Shown here: piece after piece, positions 1-11,757 of the stretch | Numbering within the stretch: the first letter of the stretch is position 1 | Layout: every line of letters starts with the position of its first letter | Assembly (NCBI RefSeq): GCF_006345805.1 | Contig: NC_043000.1 | Location: 22,382,001 to 22,446,000 of the forward strand | From: Octopus sinensis | Taxonomy: Eukaryota | Direction: 5' to 3' | DNA: 64,000 bases | Notes under the pieces: model-generated | What the model was told of the DNA's origin: nothing | Database searches by the model: none | The model's input: only the letters and a program-made list of their open reading frames with translations | Position numbers and translations under genes: made by a program

Positions 1-1104
1 AATATACGTGTCTCCGAAAATTATGAAGAAATAAGGTTAAGGGCACCAAACTGTAATTATGCCGTTAAAACTATCAACAATGATGAAAAGCAGAAATTAA
101 AAGTAACGTAATTTCACAAAACAAGAAAAATCTTCTCCATCGTCAATTACTGCGTTATAAATAATATATTTATTCATCAAGGATGGGACAAACTGAAGAC
201 TTAATCAGTAGAGACAAATTATAGCTAAGTGCGCTGGTGGTAGAGTTTAAAAAATATTTGAAATAGAACTGGTATGAAGGTATAACGTAAATAATGACGC
301 CAGAAAATATTCTTTAATTACATCCTCAATAACGAAACTAATAACAACATTAAATTTTAACAATCAATCAGTGAGCAAATAGCAGCGAGTTAAATACGTT
401 TGTTCTTATAGACCATGAACTCTTGGCTTATGACTAAAAACGATCCCCTACTACAAACCTGGTACCAAGGGAGTTAAAATGATTAGTGGACCGAAAGATA
501 TTTAATGTTTGGGATATATCTCTAAGACGTCCTGCGAGTGAATGGGATTATAATAGGGGAATATATTTACGTTCAGAGTTTTCAACAAACTCTAACAGCG
601 AAATTATAATCAATGAGATGTCCGTGAGCGAGATGCTTAAGACTTCATCAACACTAACAACCAAGTGATGTATAAAAAAATGTGAAAGAAAACGAAAAAG
701 CACTAAAATTTGTTGATACTTAACCATAAAGGTGTTCAAAATGATTTGATCCAGATCGTTGTTAAGGTATACCATGTGGCGTAGGAAATAAACGTGCAGG
801 TTGAGGCACCGGAACTAAGCAAATATAGCCTCAAAATAAAATTACTAAAGAATTATGACTTTATATAAATACAAAATCTTTCAGACAGACAAAAGATATG
901 AATAATTATATTTTAAAGTCGTAAGCTCTGTCATGAACAAAAATATATTTTCTAGTCCTTACTTTTCAGTTTATGAAATATTCGGTGCCAGAGTTGACTG
1001 TACACTGAAAGTTGTATACCAGGATACATCAAATACTTCATTCGTTTAAATTTTTACATATAAATTTATTTCTTATAAATTCAAATGCTCGATTTTATTA
1101 TTTA

Positions 1105-1421
1105 GGTGCAGAAGCTTGCTTTGGAATCACTTGATTTCGGGTTCAGTCCCAATGCGTGGCATTCTACTTTTGCGCAGGACCGATCAATGCCTTATGAGTG
1201 AATTTGGTAAACACAAATTGTGTGGAAGCCTGTATGTGACTGTATGTATGTTTGTGTGTGTTCGCCCCCACAAAATATTGCTTGACATCCGGTGTAGATT
1301 TGTTTAACTTTGTAAATTAGTATTTCGGCAAAAAGAAATCGATTTGTTCGACTATATATTTTAATGCAATGCCCCAGCATGGCCGCAGTCTAATGACTAA
1401 AACAAGTTAATAAAACAAGAT
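1105..1421 (+). mobile_element. Degenerate SINE, family A (tRNA head, CORE-like)
   Basis: GGTTCAGTCCCA B-box, TG microsatellite, CCAGCATGGCCGCAGTC..ATGACT tail shared with 35888-36290. Confidence 0.75.
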
Positions 1422-1689
1422 AATAGGGGCACTAGAAAACACTTCAGTTTTAATATTTGTGTTGATTGTTGTCAATCATTTTGTGATAGAACATTAAATG
1501 ATGATTTTAAATTTAATTCAATTTCATATTATATTCTAAAAGAATAAAATATTTAGAGGGAAAAAACGGTTTTCTTTAACATACCAATTAAAGAACATTT
1601 CGAATGCATTGTAATTTTAAGACCGGTAAATTTCTTTATAAGGCCGGAATTAATATCGCCAAGTTATTATTTGCATTGACACCTAAAAC

Positions 1690-1709
1690 CGCGCGAAACT
1701 TTTCGCGCG
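1690..1709. promoter_or_regulatory. Inverted pair of E2F consensus sites (CGCGCGAAA-CT-TTTCGCGCG), likely MCM6 promoter
   Basis: TTTCGCGC (matches E2F consensus TTTSSCGC) on minus at 1691-1698 and on plus at 1701-1708, inside a short CpG-rich patch. MCM genes are classical E2F targets. Confidence 0.7.
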
Positions 1710-1750
1710 CAAAAGTTTGCTTTGTGTTCATTCTGCAGTGCTTTATTTCG
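1710..1750 (+). other. MCM6: Putative non-coding first exon of MCM6 (start uncertain)
   Basis: Consensus donor CG|GTAAGT at 1751, right after the E2F patch. Matching acceptor TTTTTTTCCCAG at 6440-6441, 43 nt before the ATG. Confidence 0.5.
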
Positions 1751-3522
1751 GTAAGTGACTCTCACAACTTAAAACTGATTCAGTTTTATATTTATTGTTT
1801 TATTCACGAAAGTTTTGATTACCATATTTTCATCTCTCAGACGCATTCCGATTTTATTAAATTTAATATTTCTTAAGTATGAGTTTTATTATTTATGTCA
1901 GTGCCACATGAGCTATTCTGCCTCGAGCAACCATTATCCTTGTTATTTTATCCTAGCTTCTTATTCGATTTGAGAAACTACTTGCAAAAGTTTTATATTT
2001 ATTATTTATTGCTATTAACTGTATTTCCTTTTGTGAATCAGTAATTTGATTTAATGGTATATTTACTATTTAAATTATATATTGTATTCAAATTTTCAAT
2101 TATATACGTTTTCTTCAAAAGTCGTATATTTTTACTAACATGGCGTACAGGGTTTAATTGTACAACAGATTGCATGAAAAAAATAATAAATGAATAAACG
2201 AAGGTTTAATATTTATGAAAGGAGAATTTTATTTCCAAATTCTGTTCCACCAGATGCACAATGAGTTGAACAAAATAAATCATATTGAGATTTGTTGCTT
2301 TTTAACCCTAGGTTAGTCCTTATCGAGCAGATCTGTGATCGGACGAATTCCATCTGTGACTTAATATATGTAGAAAAACTATACTATCCAGTGATCCCTT
2401 CTTTTTCAGCTCTAGGTTATGATTTGATGGAGAGTTGGGTGCTATTTCTTGCAGGTCGAGCGACCATGCTGATGCTTCCTCACTGGCTCCTTGCAATAAT
2501 TATTCTACAAACGAGATTAAAATAAATAGATTAATTTACCAGCTAATTTACAAGTCTTTTAACATTAATGGAGAAAATCATGGAACATTTAGGGACCAAC
2601 GTAGTAACGTCAGAAGAGACTTCTTTGAGCAAACACCTTAAGACGGCATTCCCTCACACATTGCCACCCTATATCTGAAGACTCCTTTCAAATTGGAGTT
2701 ATTCTCTCTGTCACAGTTATCTGCAACTCATGCTGACATAGGTTGGACGCTTTAACAGGATCCAACGTGCTAGAGGGATGTGCCAAGTTCCAGTGTCTGC
2801 TTTGGCAATGTTTCTATCGCTGGATGCCCTTCCTAACCCTAATCTCTTTATAATGTACTGGATCTTTTTTGTTACACCGGCACTTGCGAGTGAAATTGTA
2901 ATAGAGGGTGAGATGGCTTTATGCCAGATCTCGAGAGGCTAAAATAGAAGTCAGGAACAGATGACTTGCATTCACAATAATATAGAACTGGGAATACTTT
3001 CATAAGATACCTAAAAATAATATAAAATTTCGAGTATCTACACAGTCATTCGTTTTGCTTGAAGCTGTTGACAAGTTCCCTCAAATCACACATTTTAAAA
3101 AGGGAGAGGGGGAGACATTTGATAATGTTAGTTTCAGATATGGGCCTTAAAAAAGATTAATCATTGGAATGATCTTTATCATAGTCCTGGAGCTAAACAA
3201 TTTCTACAGCCGAAGACTGTGGAGAAAACGCCTTAGTGGAGTGTTCTGCATACTAAATATGCATAGATTAGGGTCTTACATGTGTAATGTAGTGATGTTA
3301 TTTATTCAATTAACAGGTAAAACTCTCTTTAGAGGTGTTTAGAGTGTAAAAAAGGAGTGATTACTCCAATATCAGACGAAATCTTTTGGAAAATGAAGGT
3401 GATACAAATAGGAGTGAATCTTGTCATTAAAATCAACTGGTCACCACAACAGGCATGTTTCAACCTTATTAGATCTCAAGAAAATATGGCTTGTATATCA
3501 ATGTATGTATATATATATATAT

Positions 3523-3775
3523 CATCACCATCATTGTTTAACGTCCGCTTTCCATGCTGGCAAGGTTTCTACAACTGGATGCCCTTCGTAATGCCAACCA
3601 CTCCGAGAGTGTAGTGGGTGCTTTTTACATGCCACCAGCATGAGGGCCAGTCAGGTAGTACTAGCATTGACCACGTTTGAATGGTGCTTTTACATGCCAC
3701 CGGCATGGCAGCTAGTCAGGCGGCACTGGCAACAACTGCACTTGAATGGTGCTTTTTGTGTGCCACTGGCACAGG
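3523..3775 (-). mobile_element. RTE 3'-tail repeat, family B
   Basis: (ATC)n tail + GTTTAACGTCCGCTTTCCATGCT + GGATGCCCTTC..GCCAACCACTCC and several GGTGCTTTTACATGCCAC units. Confidence 0.8.
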
Positions 3776-3805
3776 GAAATATATATATATATATGCATAT
3801 ATTGT

Positions 3806-5795
3806 AATATGAACTTCAGGAAACTTGCCAGCCACCTACTCACCTACCGATCTGGTGGACACACTAGTAAAATTGATTACATCATGGCCAGGAAACAGGA
3901 AAGATGGCTACTTGTAAATGCCAAACCTTCCCAGGTAAAGAATGCATCCCACAACATAGATTAGTAGTTAGTGACTTCAGGATCAGGGCTAAGTGGATGG
4001 CCAGCATGGCGAAAAAGGGTCTGGAAGCTTAAGGATCCTGCGAATGGACAGAGGTTTAGAGATGTATTACTCGAAGCCTTTCACAAAATACGGGGGGATA
4101 TAGCATCACATGATGTGGAAGACAACTGGAGGTTTATACAGGACAACCTGTTGAGGTCTACTGACAAAATCTGTGGATGGTGCAAAGTCCTCTCTCAACC
4201 CAAGGTAACGTGGTGGTGGAACAGTGTAGTTGACTGGGCCATTAAGGTAAAGAAACTGGCATGGAAGGACTGGAAGAAGGGTGTTTGCAGGGAACAGTAT
4301 CCGATTGCCAGAAGGAAGCTAGGAGATAGGTTCACTTAGCCAGAGAGGAAACAGATAAGAAAAAATTTGCCAATTTTTTGCATCATGAGGACCAAAGACT
4401 TGAAGTGTTTTGTGTGGCAAGACTGTGTGAGAGAGAATCGTGATGTCATAGAAGAGAAATGTGTCCGCATTGAGGCTGCAAGGTGAGATTTTGGAGATGC
4501 CACTATGAAAGGTTGCTAAATGATGAGAATGAATAGGAGAAAGAGAGTCTGCCAAATGTCAACCCAACAGAGGGACTAGCTATCTGAATTGACAGTACCT
4601 TGGTAGATAAAGCAATTAAGGGTATGAAGACAGGGAAAACCCCTGGCCCATCAGGAATCGCTGCAGAGATGCTTCAAATATCCATCGGTGTCGGCTATAG
4701 TCTCGTCATCTGTATAGTCAATCAGGTGATTACATGAAGGAGTCATACTCAATGACTGGTGTAGCAGCACCATAGTCAACTGCTACAAAGGTAAGGGTAA
4801 TGCATTCATCATCATCATGAATAATTACAGAAGCATCAAGTTGTTGGATCAGGTAATGAAAGTCATGGAGAGGGTCATAGCCCGACTAATTAGGGAGAGA
4901 GTCAGTCTAGACGAGATGTAGTTTGGGCTTGTGACAGGGAAAAGCACCACTGATGCTATATTTCTTGTAAGACAGCTGCAGGAGAAATACCTAGCCAAAG
5001 ATAAACCTTTGTACTTGGCTTTTGTTGACATGGAAAAAGTCTTTGACAAGGTCTCCTGATCCCTTATCTGGTGCTCAATGTGGAAAATAGGGATAGATGA
5101 GTAAGAGCTATACAAGCCATGTACAGGGATGCTGTCAGTAAGGTGAGGGTTGGCAATGAGTACAGTGAAGAATTCCGGGTAGGAGTAGGGTCCACCAAGG
5201 ATCAGTCCTCAGCCCCCTCTTATTCATCATAGTCGTCCAGGCAATAACAGGAATTCCAGGCAGGATGCCCCTGGGAGCTTCTCTATGCTGATGACCTTGC
5301 TCTAATTGCTGAGTCACTATCACAACAAGAGAAGTTTCAGGTGTGGAAGCAAGGTCTAGAATCAAAGGGCCTTAGAGTCAATCTAGCAAAAACCAAAATC
5401 TTAATAAGTAGGAAGGCAGACAAACCACAAATCCCTTCAGGTAGATGGCCTTGCTAGATCTGTAGACAAGGCATAGGTAGAAGCTCCATCCGATGTACCC
5501 AGTGTAAGCTATGGACACATAAGAGGTGCAGCAATATCAAAGACTAACTGAGAAGATAGTTTTCATGCTCAGGGGCAGTAAACGCTGAAAATGTGCAGAA
5601 AACAGTCTCTGTCACATTCCAGGGGGAAAAGCTACAAGTAGTTGATAGCTTCCTTTACCTATGTGACCAAGTCAGTAGTGGGGATGGTTGCTCCGAGAGT
5701 GTAGCTGCTAGAATAAGAATAGACTGGGAAAAGTTCAGAGAGTTCCTATCTCTGTTGGTGACAAAGGGCCTCTTGCTCAGAGTAAAAGGTAGACT
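3806..5795 (+). mobile_element. Decayed RTE-clade LINE ORF2 (end of endonuclease + reverse transcriptase), truncated at both ends
   Basis: Fragments TYRSGGHTSKIDYI, TWWWN, GKTPGPSGI, GKSTTDAIFLVRQLQEKY, HQGSVLSPLLF, LLYADDL, GLRVNLAKTK, VDSFLYL, with several stops and frameshifts. Lies in MCM6 intron 1. Confidence 0.93.
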
Positions 5796-6120
5796 TGTTT
5801 TGTTTGTTTTTATCCCTAATTCTCTGCAAAAAAATTTTTTGTGGGCACTGCCAATTGGGAAGCATTCAGTCTTATCGTTAAAGGTGCAAAACTGAACAGT
5901 ACCAATTGGTTGATAACTGATAAAAAATTGCAGACCTTCTGTTTGTCTTTACATTCAGTATACATTCATACATTGTTACACACACATAAACGGAATGGGG
6001 CACTGTAGTAATGTTGATTATAAAAATTGACGAAAGGTCCTTGTGGGTGCACTCTACATACTAAATACAAATGGAATAGGGTCTCACATGTGTGATGTAA
6101 TAAACAGTTTTCTTCTCATA

Positions 6121-6285
6121 GACTATCCACTCCGTGGGGTGGTGGTTGGTGTTTGGAAGTGCATCCAGCTGTAAAAACCGTGCCAAAACAGTCACAGAAG
6201 TTTGGAGTCTTCTGCCTGGTCAGCTTCTGTTAGACCGTCCAACCCCTGCCAGCATGGAAGTTGGACGTTAAACAATGGTGATGAG
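6121..6285 (+). mobile_element. RTE 3'-tail repeat, family B
   Basis: GGAAGTGCATCCAGCTGTAAAAAC...CCGTCCAACCC..CAGCATGGAA..GGACGTTAAAC.ATGGTGATGA. Confidence 0.75.
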
Positions 6286-6484
6286 ACTGAGTTCTTGGCT
6301 TATAATTATGATCCCCCCATCCCAACACCTGGTAATGTTAAGGTGCTGTACATTTAAATGTATTGTATTCCAATAAAACATAAAAAATGTAATAGTAATA
6401 AAAACCATTGAATCTTATGTTTGTTTGTTTTTTTTTCCCAGATCAAGAGTTGTTCAGCTTCTGCTATAGATTTGCAGTTTGAAA

Positions 6485-8386
6485 ATGGATGCTGCTGAAC
6501 AGACACAGCGTACTAACCAGGTTAAAGATCAAGTTGGAGAACGGTGCCAGAAATTGTTTCAGGATTTTCTGGAAGAATTTACAGTTGATGGAGAGTTAAA
6601 ATACTTACCTGAGGTTCAAGAATTGATTCGTCCGGAGCGAAACACATTGTCGGTGAGCTTTGAGGACATAGAAAATTACAATCAACAGTTGGCAACAACC
6701 ATATTAGAAGAATATTATCGTGTTTATCCATACTTGTGTCTTGCTCTGCGTAATTTTGCTCAGGATCATGGTCATGTTCCTCCTTCTAAAGAGTTCTACG
6801 TGAGTTTTATGGATGTACCGACTACTTTAAAGGTTCGAGATCTCACAGCTGCTAAAATTGGTACCTTGCTTCGTATATCCTGTCAAGTTGTTCGTACTCA
6901 TCCAGTCCATCCAGAACTAGTTTCTGGAACTTTCATGTGCTTAGAGTGTCGCACAGTTATCAAAGATGTTGAACAGCAATTTAAGTACACGCAACCCAGC
7001 ATATGCCGGAACCCTGTCTGTAATAATAGAACGAAATTTCTTTTGGATGTTAATAAATCCAGATTTGTTGATTTTCAAAAGGCCAGGGTCCAGGAAACCC
7101 AGTCGGAATTGCCAAGAGGTAGCATTCCCAGAAGTCTGGAAGTCATCATGCGAGCTGAAGCTGTTGAAATGGCCCAGGCTGGTGACAAGTGTGATTTCAC
7201 AGGTACCCTGATTGTGGTCCCTGATGTATCCCAGATCACTGTACCTGGAGCACGTGCTGAAACCTCCACAAGAATGAAAGGAAATGAAGGCTATGAGACT
7301 GAAGGGATCAGGGGCCTTAAGGCCCTTGGTGTGCGAGATCTAACATATAAATTAGCCTTCCTTGCTTGTACAGTGACACCAAGTAACCCTAGACTTGGAG
7401 GTAACCGAGAAAATAAAGATGAAGAGATTACTGCTCAGGCTCTTAAGAAACAGATGACTGATGAAGAATGGCATAAAATATATGAGATGAGTCTTGATAA
7501 AAACCTGTACCAAAACCTCTGTTCAAGTCTTTTTCCTACAATTCATGGTTGTGAAGAAATTAAGCGTGGGGTTTTGTTGATGTTGTTTGGTGGAGTGCCA
7601 AAAGTGACAACTGAACAAACGAACTTGAGAGGGGACATCAATGTGTGTATTGTCGGTGACCCTAGTACTGCAAAAAGTCAGCTGTTAAAGCAAGTGGAAG
7701 AGTTCAGTTCTCGAGCTGTTTACACGAGTGGAAAAGCTAGTAGTGCTGCCGGTCTCACTGCTGCTGTTGTTCGTGACGAAGAATCTCATGAGTTTGTGAT
7801 TGAAGCTGGTGCCCTTATGTTAGCTGATAATGGTGTTTGCTGCATCGATGAGTTTGATAAAATGGATCCCAGAGATCAGGTTGCCATTCACGAAGCAATG
7901 GAACAACAAACAATTTCAATCACAAAAGCTGGTGTGAAGGCCACTTTGAATGCTCGCACTTCAATTTTGGCAGCTGCAAACCCAATTGGGGGTCGCTATG
8001 ATAGGACAAAACCTTTGAAACAGAATATAACTCTGACAGCACCTATAATGTCAAGATTTGATCTCTTCTTCATTCTTGTTGATGAATGCAACGAAGCAAT
8101 AGATTATGCAATTGCCACTCGCATTGTTGATTTGCATTGCCGTTGTGAAGAATCTGTGGTTCGTACCTACACCGTAGAAGAAATCCGACGTTACCTTATG
8201 TTTGCTCGACAGTTTAAACCAAAGATCAGCAAAGAGTCTATGGAATACATGGTTGAAGAATACAAACATCTTAGACAACGAGATGGCACTGGTGCAACTC
8301 GCTCCTCTTGGAGAATAACTGTTCGTCAACTTGAAAGTTTGATTCGACTCTCAGAGGCTATGGCTCGACTTTATTGCCAAGAAATG
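6485..8386 (+). CDS. MCM6: DNA replication licensing factor MCM6, coding exon 1 (exon starts 6442)
   Basis: MDAAEQ... start; C4 zinc finger CLEC..CRNPVC; Walker A GDPSTAKS typical of MCM6; MCM box IDEFDKM; arginine finger SRFD. Donor ATG|GTAGGA at 8387, phase 0. Confidence 0.97.
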
Positions 8387-8762
8387 GTAGGAAAACATTT
8401 TTTTTTATTTTGCTTTTCTATTTAACATATTTAATGCATTTTGAGAAAGTAATTTCTGTAAAGGTTAAATCCATGGTTTAAAACTTGATAACTGATGAAT
8501 GGAGGAAAAAAAAATTGCTGAGTTGGTATGAAAGATATAGATAGATGAAAGAAGACTTAATATGTTGGCCAGCTCAGAAGTGGGTATTGGTCCTCAAAGA
8601 TATAATGACCTAGCAATGTTATTGTTGAGTTCTACTTTGGGACACTTTTGAAAATTTAGTTATTTGTATGATTTATTGGAGAAAGTATTATTTAGCTCCA
8701 AAGTTGACTCTGAGATCAACACAAACCTTTGTATATCTGAGAATATATTATACAGTTCTATA

Positions 8763-9165
8763 TTCAAGAGATGAGGAATTATTTACATTTGATGGGTATT
8801 TATCCTCATCTTGTTTGTTGTTAACACGTTTCAGCTGATATACTCACCAGCCTTCATCAGGTGTCTTGGAGAAATTTCGAACCTGGGTTCTCATTCCTAA
8901 GGTATGTCGATGTCATTGTTGTTTAGGTCACTGCCTGGAAATGGAACTCGGAATCTTGGGGCTAGTAGCCCGTGCTCTTAACCACTATGTCATATGCCCG
9001 TGGGCATATGGCGTAGTGGTTAAGAGCGCAGGCTACTAACCCCAAGATTCCGAGTTCGATTCCAGGAGTGATCTGAGTAATAATAATAATAACATCGAAA
9101 AATACCTTAGGGATGAGAACTCAGGTTCGAAATTTCCCCAAGACACCTGATGCAGGCTGAAGGGT
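8763..9165. mobile_element. Head-to-head inverted dimer of a tRNA(Arg)-like-headed element, family E, with hammerhead-like motif
   Basis: Symmetry axis CATATGCCC-GT-GGGCATATG at 8991-9010. About 155-bp arms (8845-8999 / 9002-9160). A box TGGCGTAGTGG and B box GAGTTCGATT in each arm. Confidence 0.85.
8823..8865 (-). ncRNA. Degenerate minimal type-I hammerhead ribozyme-like motif
   Basis: Minus strand GACAC-CUGAUGA-A-GGCUGG-ugaguaua-UCAGCU-GAAA-C-GUGUU: core boxes, stem II and stem I present. The NUH cleavage triplet is missing in this copy. Confidence 0.6.
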
Positions 9166-9480
9166 CATTTTTTTTAAGACAGTAAAATGTAATTTTAAGG
9201 GAGATTTAACTGCAAGCTACTACGCAGAACTCTCTTGGCTCTTGGAGAAGTCGCATCTAGGAATTGGGTTTAAGATTTTTCTGAGAGAACTTGGGCATCT
9301 TAATTTTATAAATACAAAATTGCTTTAAAATATTATCTAGGATAGTGTTTTATTGTAATAACTGTAATTAAGAGTTAAGTATTAAAATACACATTTGTTG
9401 AGACTAGATATTTAACAAAAGAAGGATCTGAACCAAGAGTTGTAAACTTCCTAGATTTCAAGGAATAAAATTCACATTCT

Positions 9481-9747
9481 AGTACTTATTCTATCGGTCT
9501 CTTTTGCCAAACCACTAAGTTACGGGGACGTAAACACACAAGCATTGGTTGTCAAGCGATGTTGGGTGGACAAACATACACACACGCATGCATATATACG
9601 ACAGGCTTCTTTCAGTTTCTGTCTACCAGATCCACTCGCCCGAGGCTATAGTAGAAGACACTTGCCCAAGGTGCCATGCAGTGGGACTGAACCCGGAACC
9701 ATGTGGTTGGTAAGCAAGCTACTTGCCACACAGCCACTCCTACACCT
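9481..9747 (-). mobile_element. SINE family A
   Basis: Reverse complement of head GGAGTGGCTGTGTGG..GGTTCAGTCCCACT..CCTTGGGCAAGTGTC. Confidence 0.85.
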
Positions 9748-9869
9748 GAAACAATTTTTAAAAAAATTAAATATTGTATGTTTTGTTAAATTAATAACTA
9801 TAAACTTTAGTAGTTAGTAATGCAAGTTTTAAGAAGTAAATTATTTTTTCCATTTTCCAATTTTTGTAG

Positions 9870-10445
9870 GTTCAACCGAAACATGTGAAAGAAGCATTCC
9901 GTTTGCTTAACAAGTCAATTATCCGTGTTGATCAGCCAGACATTCATTTGGAAGAAGAAGGGGATGAAGCTATGGAGGTAGATGAGGAACCAGCCCCAGA
10001 GGTGCCACACAGTGAACAGAATGGTGTATCTGAAGATGCAGTGCCATCTGGCTCTCCTGAACAAGAAAAATCTCCCAAATCAGACAAACCAAAGAAAAGC
10101 TTGAAATTAACATACGAGGAATATAAACATATGGCGAATTTGTTGGTGCTGAACATGAGACGTATGGAAGAACAAGAAGAGGCTGCTGATTCTGGTACTC
10201 GACGCAGTCAGTTGATTGGTTGGTACCTACATGAAATCGAAGGAGAAATTGATAGTGAAGCAGAACTCATTGAACGTAAGACTATTGTTGAGAAGGTCAT
10301 CGATCGTTTGATTCATCACGACCATGTCCTCATAGAGCTAAAACAGACTGGGCTGAAATCCATCTCCAAGCATAAAGAAGAGACCCTTATTAGAGAAGAT
10401 GACCCCTTCCTTGTTGTCCATCCCAATTATGTCATTGATTCTTAA
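9870..10445 (+). CDS. MCM6: MCM6 coding exon 2 (C-terminal winged-helix/Cdt1-binding domain)
   Basis: Acceptor TTTTTGTAG at 9868-9869. In frame VQPKHVKEAFRLLNKSIIRV...LKLTYEEYKHMANLLV...IERKTIVEKVIDRLI, TAA at 10443-10445. Joined CDS = 825 aa. Confidence 0.96.
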   Translation, partial: VQPKHVKEAFRLLNKSIIRVDQPDIHLEEEGDEAMEVDEEPAPEVPHSEQNGVSEDAVPSGSPEQEKSPKSDKPKKSLKLTYEEYKHMANLLVLNMRRMEEQEEAADSGTRRSQLIGWYLHEIEGEIDSEAELIERKTIVEKVIDRLIHHDHVLIELKQTGLKSISKHKEETLIREDDPFLVVHPNYVIDS

Positions 10446-10902
10446 ACTATTTGGGGATAATTAACGCTGTTGCTTTTGCAGCTGAAGAGAACTTTTTTTT
10501 TTTTAAATCAGACTCTTCTTTGGAGAAAAATTTTACACACTCATGCAGTATTGTTTGGTGTTCAAACATTGCTTTATAATTTGTTTATAAAAACTGATTG
10601 AGTTGCTTTCAACTTGAACCAGTTTCTGTTGATGTATGAATTATTCAATATGATACTGCACTTAAACATCAGAAGTAATATCTTGTACAAATAATGATTC
10701 TTTCATCTCTTTACATATTAACGTTTTTACCCTCAGTGATGTAAATATATATATATATGCCTACCATTATTGAAGTTCTCTTTTATTTTCTTTGTTGTAT
10801 TGATCAATCAGAATTTTAAATATTTTTTATGATTTAATTATAAATGGAAAAATCTAAAAAAAAAATGTTTTATAGATGTAAAAACGTTTGTCAATACTCA
10901 TA

Positions 10903-11757
10903 GAAGGGGGTACCCAAACGAAACCGGAATTTTGCAATATTTTATTTACTTAGTTTTACATGATTACACTGTCATCGCTTTTAAAGTATTCTCCTTTTGA
11001 AGCAGTGTGTTGATCCAGATGCATTTTCCACTGTTGGAAGTGATGCCTTTTAATGCCTCCATCGTTTTTTTTTTCTTCACCTCTTCTACATCTGCAAATT
11101 CTTTAGTGCCAGCTTCCGTCACCAGTGATGACTTTTGAAAAAAAATAATGGTCCAGATCAACTTCCAACTGTTCTTTCAGTTCGCGACACATTCAGTCGT
11201 GACTGCTTTTGGTCTGCCATGAGCAAGTGAGGCATAAATTTTGTTGCAAATCTTTTCATTCACAATTCCTCACTAAAAATTTGTTGGCAGGAGCTTCAAG
11301 ACACACTAGTCATGTCAAGTCTATCAATTGTTTGGTGACGGTCCTCCATGATCAATTCATAAACTTTTCATTCGTTTAGGAGGTCAACAGTCGTCCCGAA
11401 TGAGGTTGGTCTTCAAACAACAAGTGACCATTCCTAAAGCGTGAAAACCATTCGTAAACTTGTGTTTTGCTCCTGGCAGCGTACTTGTAAGTTGTTTTGG
11501 CTGCTGTTTTCTCCAGCACAAAACAGAATTCCTCGGAAGCAAGCTGTTCTTTCATTTCAGCTGTCACAGAAATCGATGAACGGAGGAGAAGGACTGCAAG
11601 ACAAAGATGTACCACATGGCAGTATGACCTCACTGGACAATGCCAGTCTGCAGACTGATGCTTGAGGATCACATCAAGTGGCTTCTAGCAGCGGAAGCCT
11701 GAACTACAATGGGCTTGTCCCACATAACACTTCCAGTTACTTTTGGGTACCTCCTTG
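10903..11757 (-). mobile_element. Internally deleted mariner (Tc1/mariner) element
   Basis: About 27-bp imperfect TIRs (..GGGTACCCAAA..CCGGAA / ..TTTTGGGTACC..) flanked by TA. N-terminal remnant FCFVLEKTAA..KTQVYEWFSRFRNG..EDQPHSGR and C-terminal remnant FADVEEVKKKTMEALKGIT. DDD core absent. Confidence 0.9.

Noticed and set aside
548-775. Hydrophobic 75-aa minus-strand ORF divergent from the MCM6 promoter
   Set aside because: No recognisable family, and downstream frames are full of stops. Cannot be supported as a gene, though the window edge limits the view.
9002-9070. tRNA-like sequence
   Set aside because: No acceptor-stem closure or proper 3' end. It is the head of a repeat. The same applies to the other SINE heads.
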